Part shown: in pieces, positions 56,477 through 64,000 of the stretch
Numbering within the stretch: position 1 is the stretch's first letter
Layout: each line of letters opens with the position of its first letter
Assembly (NCBI RefSeq): GCF_018977255.1
Contig: NW_024704762.1
Coordinates: 3,596,001-3,660,000 of the forward strand
DNA: 64,000 nt
Reading direction: 5' to 3'
Source of the DNA: Callorhinchus milii
Taxonomy: Eukaryota
Notes under the pieces: generated by a model
The model's database searches: none
The model's input: only the letters and a program-made list of their open reading frames with translations
Told to the model about the DNA's origin: nothing
Made by a program: the position numbers and the translations under genes

Positions 56477-57838
56477 GAGTAAGAAATACTGAAGGAAGAG
56501 GATGATTCAGGGACGTTTGAGGCATAAGCTTATCTCCAGATGCTGTTTGTGTCAGACAATGTCTTATTTATTTCAAGGTTTGCAGAAGCTACTGCTTCCC
56601 TGCTTCTGTGAAATGCCCAGATAAGGATGGAGCTGGCATTGCCGAGTCTGCCACATTTCCCAGGACTTGCTTTCTGTTCATCTAATAGTTGGTTAAAAGG
56701 TATAAAATTATTCCTAGGTATAAAAGATTTTTTCTGCAATCTCACAACGTCAGCCAGATGATCACCTCAGGTGGGGGTGGGAGTTGAGAAGGGGCAGTGA
56801 AGGATTGAAGAGGGGGAGATATTAAGTTTTCAGGATCCAAGACATGTGGAACAGACTCGATGGTCTGAATGGTGGTTCTATTTCCTGTTTTACTGTGTGT
56901 AAGAGTTGTCTCCGCCTTCTAAAACCCACAGGCATTGAGATCATTGGTAGCCCCAACTACAATCGCTTAATACTGCTCTGATCAGGGATTGAACCTGTGA
57001 CTTTGCTCTGCCATTTTAACACCTGGTCTAACGTGGTTTGTCAGTGTAGAATGCTACAGCGCAGAAACAAGCCATTTGATCCATAAATGCTGCGCTGGTT
57101 GTTTTCTCCACTTGATCCACCTCGTCTATTCACATGCTCGCTCCCCAAACCCTTTATTATTAATAATAATTATTATTATTAGGGAACAAACCTAGGTCCT
57201 CTCGCTTGCGAGGCGAGTGCTCTAACCAGTACGCTACAGGACTCTAAATATTCTTCCTTAATATTCCCCCTTTTCAAGCATTTCCTAATTCTCCTGAAAT
57301 AATTTGTGGCAGAGAATTCCACATTCCACCAGCCTCTGTGTAAAGAAATGTTGTTTAATCTCTCCTTTAGTTCTGTCGTGATTATTGTTAGATTGATGCC
57401 CACTCATTACCGGCTTCTTGACCAGAGGAAATAATCAATTATTCTTTGTCCTATCATAACTCCTCATAACATCTTGTGGAGTCCTGTAGCTTAGTGGCAT
57501 AAAGTCTCTCTTCATAATGGAAACTCCTCACCCCTGGGATCAAAGGGCATTGTAATCTGTGTTTTCCAGAAAATACTAAAAATTAATGCCTCTTACAAAT
57601 GCATATGTGATAAACTTCCTTGAGGAACGAGGGCCAATTCAGAAGAGGCCTCATCTCTAGGCTGCCCTGATGCACCTCCTAGTGGTTCCAAAGTAGCATT
57701 GACTGTGAGGTTCGTGAGGAATCGTCGTCCTTAGCCAAATGTGGGAGACCTGAGAGAAGGCAAAAAATTATCCTTCAAAAGAGGAAGCCCTCACCTGAGG
57801 GTCAAAAAATGGGAACAGTGCATTTCTTGTGTTCAGAA

Positions 57839-57967
57839 CAGGAAGTGAGCAACACTTCGTTATGTGTTCAGCGGTGTCTGTGCCAGCATTTGTGGCACGG
57901 CTTACTTTCCGTAGTTTCCTCCATTCCTGAAGTCACTGACTCATACTGAGATACTGTGTGTCCTCTG
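57839..57967 (+). promoter_or_regulatory. Candidate TICAM1 promoter and non-coding first exon
   Basis: ETS motif CAGGAAGTG 57839-57847; consensus donor CTG|GTAAGT at 57968; candidate acceptors before 58679 or 58830; TICAM1 typically has a non-coding exon 1. Confidence 0.5.
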
Positions 57968-58916
57968 GTAAGTATCACTCTGGGATGCACTATATAAATG
58001 CAAGTTGTTGTTGTTGGTACCATGTCCAAGGGCCAATGCTTACTGAATGCCCGCAGGCTAATTGAACGCAGAGGGCATCAGGTCTAAGTCCAATGCTGTC
58101 TTCGTGCACACAACAGGTAAACACCAGTATTGTGTTCCTAACTCCCTGATCTGTTTGGGTTAGTGCTGCACACTAGGAAGTGCATCTATCCTCCAGGCAA
58201 TTGGTGGGACGGGCAGGGGGAAGATCAAATCGAAACACATTCCTGCCCTTACCTATCATCAACACGCTTTCACTTCCTAGCAGGAAGATGGGTCTCTAAT
58301 AATAATCCTTGCATTTGACGTAGCACTTTTCATGTCTGGAGGATGTTTCAAAGCACCTCACATGATTTACTGTAATACAAAGTGTCTGTGTATCTTGTAG
58401 GTCAATACGACAGCCAATTTGAGCGCAGCAATGTGTGACAAACAGCCATGAAATGAAGGGCCAATTTTATCTGTGGATTGTTGATCAAGAATTCGGGAGA
58501 AACTCCCTTTCACTTCAGGAGGTCATCTCAAAGCGCTTTACACAGCTGTCTGGGCACTTATGTCATGGGGGAGAGGTTAAGAGGCTCAAAAGAGGTCAGA
58601 GTAAGATGGTCCTAATCTGAAGGACAGTACCTTCAACAACGCAAGTAGAATAACCCAGATATCTCTTCATTGTTGCAGTTCAGACCATGAAGCCCAGCGA
58701 GATATGATCAAATGAATTGACTCTCGGTGTTCAAACCTCCTATTACATAATGAAGAATGAATTTGCGGGCAGACAACTGCACACTTGGCAAAGTGCACCG
58801 TAGAAAGAGTCTTGCCCTTCACAAACCAGCTGGGCAATGGGAAGCCATGCTGATTCACGCTAACTGAAGGCCTTTTGTGAGCTCTCTGGTGCTGAGACAC
58901 AGCTACACTGCCGACC

Positions 58917-61040
58917 ATGGCGAGCGAGAGTGATCCAGCTCCCTATTTTGAGGACATGTTTGACATCTTGTCCAAAACGCCACAGGAAAGGCTGATGAGC
59001 CTCAAGTACAAACTACCGGTTGACCGAAAGATCGACCGTCTGCTTTACAGCGCCGTGTTGTTCTTCTTAAACGAGAAGGAGAAGGCGGTGCTTTTGGTGT
59101 CTGACGACAAGGAACAGAAGTGCCAATCTGCTGTCTACATCCTGAACAAAATCCAAGGTACGGAACAAGGAGCAAATTCCAAATTCGGGTGGGACAATTT
59201 GACCCCCGAAGATCTTGCGGTCCGCGTGGATCTCGCTCGGATCTTCACGGTCCTCTCGCAGGAAAATCTGTGTGAGTCCTCTGTGAAAGACCGGGCATAT
59301 CGTGCTGCTGTCCACAGCTATCGATCGAGCGGTCAGATCGACAGCGTGGAATTCTGGGATCTACTGGATGAATCCAGAAGACAATGTGGTTGTCGGGACT
59401 TTAACTCCAAAGGGGAAGATGCTAACAGACCGTTTCTAAAGTCGCTGGATGAAAATAGCTTAAGTACAAGATCAGGCAGCGACTGCAGAAGCAGAGTCGA
59501 GACTGTGCGCAATCGGACGTCAACTGACCCCATGATATCTTCAGGAGTTAAGCAAATCACGCTGCCCAGTCACTTTGAAATTAGTGCAACATCCACTGTA
59601 CCATTTCTTTCTGGTTCACCTCAGGACAACCTCAAATCTAAAGCGAAAGGTCCGGCCGAGCGTGGATTGGTCCCATCCACATCTCAAAGTGCATCGTTCC
59701 ACATTAATAACACGGCATCAAATCTACCTCGGGAAGAGCACTCGGCAAATAGTAGGAATACCACCGGTACAGGAGCTCAGCCTGAGGAGGGGTATTCAAC
59801 TTACTCCCCAGTTAAAAATTCATCGGCGGTTGGAGTGAAACCTATTGAATGCACTGAAGAGACAGACAGTAATCAGATAGTTACTTCAAAGACTAGCACA
59901 CAGGATCAAGATCATCTCAATTCTAACCTGTCCGATCCACATCCTACACAAAATGCAACCCTATCGGAAGATCCCCAGTCCAGTCGTCCTCGAATGAACA
60001 TTTCTGAGGAAACGGAGGAGAACGTTGAGAACAAATTTTACCCCTTTGTTATCCTGCACGCTGATGAAGACCAAGAGATTGCAGAGAAGGTACGGAAATC
60101 ACTTGAGGAATTGGGGGTGATGGAGGGGGCAACGTTTTGCGAAGATTTCTCACTTCCGGGAAAGTCTCCCATAAGTTGCATCCAAGACGCAGTTGATAAC
60201 TCTGCCTTTACCATCCTTCTTTTGACAAACAACTTTAACACGCACTGGACGGAGCTCAAGACCAATATTGTGTTGATGAACTCCATCCAAAATAAACATA
60301 AGTACAACACGGTCATTCCGATGCTGACAAAAGAAAACCGGCTGCCCAAACGCAAGATCCCTTTCGCCCTTCAAGCTATCAACCAACTGGACGAAACCTC
60401 CAAGCACTTCGAAAGGCATGTCGCGAAAACATTTGAGCCAGCCAAACTCAGGACATATAAGGATAAGTGGTTGGTTGAGCAAAAACTTCAACAGATTGAA
60501 ACCCAAAAGGCTAAAGTTGCAAAAGACCGTAAAGATCTCCGAGATATCACCAGACTAACACAACAGCTAGGGCAGAATTTGCAAAACTACCAGAAAGAAG
60601 GACAACATTTAGCATCCTTAAGACAATATTGTAACGCTTTGTATAATTTTCCAAATCTGCCCCCAATTCCCTCACCCTATCCAGGACAGATGAGACCTCC
60701 AATGGGTCATGAACAGATGCTGCCCATGTTATACCCATTTGGGATTCAGGGCCCAGGTCAGTTTCCACCTGATCCGAGGCAATACGGTTTCAACCCCCAT
60801 ATGCACACGCCACGTGAGGTCCTTAATCCCAGCAACGGTCAGGGAGCTCAGAGTGTCACGATTAACAACTCCCCAATGCACCCAAACCAGCCCCCCAACA
60901 TTATCCAGATTCACCACGTCAGCAACGTGCAGATAGGAGACTCCAACCAGTTGACCATAGCTGATTCGGGAAAAAGTGACGGGAGCACTGACGAGGAGGA
61001 GGAGGAGGAGGAGGAAGAGGCTGATGACAGTGATAACTAA
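58917..61040 (+). CDS. TICAM1: TIR domain-containing adaptor molecule 1 (TRIF), 707 aa, single coding exon
   Basis: TIR domain KFYPFVILHADED...GATFCEDFSLPG...CIQDAVDNSAFTILLLTNNF from aa 373 is TRIF-specific; RHIM IQIHHVSNVQIGDSN (VQIG 60927-60938); Pro-rich C-terminal region; ACCATGG Kozak; synteny. Confidence 0.95.
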   Translation: MASESDPAPYFEDMFDILSKTPQERLMSLKYKLPVDRKIDRLLYSAVLFFLNEKEKAVLLVSDDKEQKCQSAVYILNKIQGTEQGANSKFGWDNLTPEDLAVRVDLARIFTVLSQENLCESSVKDRAYRAAVHSYRSSGQIDSVEFWDLLDESRRQCGCRDFNSKGEDANRPFLKSLDENSLSTRSGSDCRSRVETVRNRTSTDPMISSGVKQITLPSHFEISATSTVPFLSGSPQDNLKSKAKGPAERGLVPSTSQSASFHINNTASNLPREEHSANSRNTTGTGAQPEEGYSTYSPVKNSSAVGVKPIECTEETDSNQIVTSKTSTQDQDHLNSNLSDPHPTQNATLSEDPQSSRPRMNISEETEENVENKFYPFVILHADEDQEIAEKVRKSLEELGVMEGATFCEDFSLPGKSPISCIQDAVDNSAFTILLLTNNFNTHWTELKTNIVLMNSIQNKHKYNTVIPMLTKENRLPKRKIPFALQAINQLDETSKHFERHVAKTFEPAKLRTYKDKWLVEQKLQQIETQKAKVAKDRKDLRDITRLTQQLGQNLQNYQKEGQHLASLRQYCNALYNFPNLPPIPSPYPGQMRPPMGHEQMLPMLYPFGIQGPGQFPPDPRQYGFNPHMHTPREVLNPSNGQGAQSVTINNSPMHPNQPPNIIQIHHVSNVQIGDSNQLTIADSGKSDGSTDEEEEEEEEEADDSDN

Positions 61041-61404
61041 GCAATGGCAAAACCTCTTTTATGTCCTCTAATTTATAGGTAAAACAGATCACGCAGCAGG
61101 AGGTGAGGATGTTGAGAATGTGTGGCATCAGGATATTCCTGCTTAAAGACCTGGAATAAGCCTACTGTGTTTTACCCGTGTGTAAGAACAATGAGGCGGG
61201 CAGACTGCTGGTGTCTTACATACTCATTCAGTTGCGGGATCACACGATTCAGGGGAGATGTACGATTGCAAGACCTGATGTGCGAGATTAGCAAAAGGAT
61301 TTTTCTAACCAGGGGATTTTGGATGTGTTGTAGTTGACTTGAATTCGCTGGTTACAAATCCTTTTTGTAAATCTGGCAGATCGGGTAAAGGCAGATTCTG
61401 GTAA

Positions 61405-61643
61405 AGGCAGAATACCGCAAATGCTGGAAATCTGAAATAAAAACAGCAGTCGCTGGGAACACGCAGCAGGTCAGGCAGCATCTACAGAGAGGAAAATGAG
61501 TTAACGTTCAGGTCAGTGAACTTTGGTCAGTTCTGACGAAAGATTATTGACTTGAAACGTTAACTCACCTCACTCTCTCCATAGATGCTTCCTCCCTCTC
61601 TCCACGGATGCTGTATGTTCTCAGCGACTCCTGTTTTTGTTCC
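61405..61643. mobile_element. Palindromic repeat resembling the Penelope-related hairpin elements common in shark and ray genomes
   Basis: Arms CAGCAGTCGCTGGGAACA...GCATCTA...GAGTTAACGTTCAGGTCA pair with TGACTTGAAACGTTAACTC...TAGATGC...TGTTCTCAGCGACTCCTG, centred near 61530. Confidence 0.7.
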
Positions 61644-62095
61644 TGGATACTGGAACTCTACTTAGATGCTGATGTTAGTTTTAACTTCCAATGACATGCC
61701 CAAAAGTTGGCCACAACCATCCTGCATTCCCTATTTGGGAACAGGAGGAAGCCATTCAGGCCATTAAGCCTGTTCCACCAGTTTATTGGTCATGCATATC
61801 TTCTAACGCCATTGCCCCACCTTGCTTTTCTGTCCGAAACACTGGTTGTCCAGGGCCTTGGGACGCACACCTGAAGCGAAAGGCGCTATACAAATGGAAT
61901 TTTGTTGTTGCTCTCAATACCTTTCTACCTTTCCTAAGCGTCCATCTCTCTTTTAAATATCCCAATTGATCCTTCCTGGGCAACTTCCTGGGGCAGGGCG
62001 TTCCATGTCCTGGCAACCTTCTGTGTGAAGAAATCTTTTCTGATCTTACTTCTAACCAACTCAGCTCCAATTGTAAGATGATGTCCCCATGTTTT

Positions 62096-62372
62096 ACAAC
62101 AACAACAACAACAAGATTCCATTTATAGAGCGCCTTTCACGTCAGGAGGACGTCCCAAGGCGCTGCACAGTTGGGTCATGACCCGAGCAGGGGGGAAATG
62201 GTCAGGGTGAGGGGAGGGAAGGGAGGGAGAGAGGAGGGGGGAAATGGTCAGGGTGAGGGGAGGGAAGGGAGGGAGCGAGGAGGGGGGAAATGGTCAGGGT
62301 GAGGGGAGGGAAGGGAGGGAGCGAGGAGGAGGAAGAGAGTCGAGAGGGGAGCTGAAGGCACGGTCAAAGAGA
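62096..62372 (-). mobile_element. L2 3' end with an internal 46-bp triplication
   Basis: GAAATGGTCAGGGTGAGGGGAGGGAAGGGAGGGAG at 62195, 62241 and 62287. Confidence 0.88.
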
Positions 62373-62904
62373 CCCGTCTTTACTAGGAGTCACCCACTCT
62401 CTAGCTTGCGATTTCCCTTTGTGATTATTAGCACATTATCTTCAACACATCCATTTTGCAAATCTCTCCAATTAGACCTCAATTGATAACTGTGATGGCC
62501 ATGTGTTCAGCGCTGTTGCACTATTAGAGTGAGTTAAAAAAAACTATTCTAAACTGCACTTGAACATATTTGTGGGTTTAGCTATTGGAGATCTTTGATC
62601 AGTGATTAATCTGTGCTTTTTATTAAGCCTGGGTTTGCAGTAGCTTAATGTCCTACATCCTGTCTGGTGTTTTTAACATTCCCGAAGTTCTTTTGAAGCT
62701 GTGCTATTTGCACTAAGAGGGACTGAGAGGGAGTGGGTGGAAGGAAAACAAGGGGAAATTAAAAATACTATAGATGAAGGCAGAGAGACAGAAGAGAATC
62801 AGTCTGTGATACTCAAAGATTGATTGAAGCTTTGTCCTGAGACAAATGGGAAGGAAGACGAACAGGAATGATACAGAGCTGGGAGAGTTGATTTAAAAAA
62901 AAAA

Positions 62905-63295
62905 TTCTTGCATTTGATATAGCGCTTTTCATGTTTTCTAGACATCTCAAAGCGCTTCACAGAACATACTGTAAAGTGAATTGACTGTATATTTGTGGGC
63001 GAAATGCGGCAGCCAATTGCGCACAGCAATGTCCCACAAACAGTTTGTGCCCCACAAACAGTCATGGATTGAAGTGACCATTATTATTTTTTTTCTTGAG
63101 GGATTATTATCAGGCGTGTGGAGTAAGGAAACTTGCCCAAGGTTTTGCCCTGGCCAAAATATCTCTAAATGGTGAAGCAAAAATAATAATCCTTGCATTT
63201 GATACAGCTCCTTATCACACCGTTGAGACATCTCAAAGTGCTTCACAGGATATATCGTTAAAGTGGATTGACTATGTATTTTGTGGGCAAAACAT
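62905..63295 (-). mobile_element. SINE plus a second SINE tail
   Basis: Family body and tail on the minus strand, with another tail at about 63183-63295. Confidence 0.8.
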
Positions 63296-63714
63296 CACCT
63301 GGCTTTAAATTTACTCGACTTTCTTAGCATTTCAGAGCATGCAGAATTTGACAAATTGTTGAATTCAGACTGAACCCTGAAGCCATTTTTATGTAGTTCT
63401 TTAAAACAACTTGCAAAAAACCGGTTTCATAAATATTTAATGATAAATCTGCAAACTCTGAAATACCAAGAAAATGCACCGAAGTTAAATCAGGTGGAAA
63501 TTCTCCCCAAATATTTTCCAAAACACCTGATGTCCTCAGGTGTTGAAAGACACTAACCAGTGCAGAACTGAGACATATAGGGCTCAAGATCCCGGGTTCA
63601 GTCCCTGTTACCCTGCTGGATTAACAGTTGTGATGCCACAATTACCCGAAGTGCCCATGGCTTGGGAAGGAAAAGTGTTTTTCTTCCCCTGGTCGCTGCA
63701 CTGGAATGGAATCC

Positions 63715-63930
63715 GGTTGTCAGTCAATAGGCTGATCACTTTTCGGGGGTAATAATCCCTCCAAAAAACAATAATTTGGTCATTCAAGACTGTTTGTGGG
63801 ACACTGCTGTGCGCAATTGGCTGCCGTGCTTCTCCCACAAAATATTGGCAGTCAATCCACTTTACAGTATATGGTGTGCAGAGCTTTGAAGTGTCTCAAC
63901 GCTATATCAATGCAAGTATTATTATATTGC
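63715..63930 (+). mobile_element. SINE 3' half
   Basis: GGGACACTGCTGTGCGCAATTGGCTGCC and tail. Confidence 0.8.
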
Positions 63931-64000
63931 CCTGCGTGAGGGGGTGCTATATCATTGCAAGTAGTTGGTGTTGTCGCTCATCACAAAGTCATCTTGTTCT

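Noticed and set aside
57190-57245. tRNA-Ala-like sequences (also 5320, 48946, 55435)
   Set aside because: They are SINE heads or head fragments without a complete acceptor stem, not tRNA genes
57900-57925. ISRE in the TICAM1 first exon (ACTTTCCGTAGTTTCC)
   Set aside because: Spacing between the TTTC half-sites does not fit the TTTCNNTTTC consensus

Overview
Vertebrate genomic DNA, not prokaryotic. The dense L2/CR1 LINEs, Deu-domain SINEs, an L2-tailed tRNA SINE and a shark-type palindromic repeat suggest a cartilaginous fish, possibly a chimaera (inference). The window holds the block syntenic with human 19p13.3. (1) A CpG-island promoter and non-coding first exon on the minus strand at about 12.0-12.5 kb, assigned to KDM4B by synteny only. 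(2) A 16-coding-exon UHRF1 on the minus strand (35970->17094, 795 aa once corrected); one SRA-domain exon carries a 1-bp deletion. (3) A 3-exon ARRDC5 on the plus strand (46259-53595, 328 aa). (4) A single-coding-exon TICAM1/TRIF on the plus strand (58917-61040, 707 aa, with pLxIS-like, TRAF6, TIR and RHIM motifs). No PLIN3 is visible between ARRDC5 and TICAM1. I found no convincing novel multi-gene system. The best leads are the UHRF1 frameshift, the variant TICAM1 motif, a duplicated intronic hairpin, a TSD-flanked solo LTR, a hairpin repeat at the TICAM1 3' end, orphan exon-like segments and reciprocal SINE/LINE nesting. Coordinates were read by eye; repeat boundaries are approximate.
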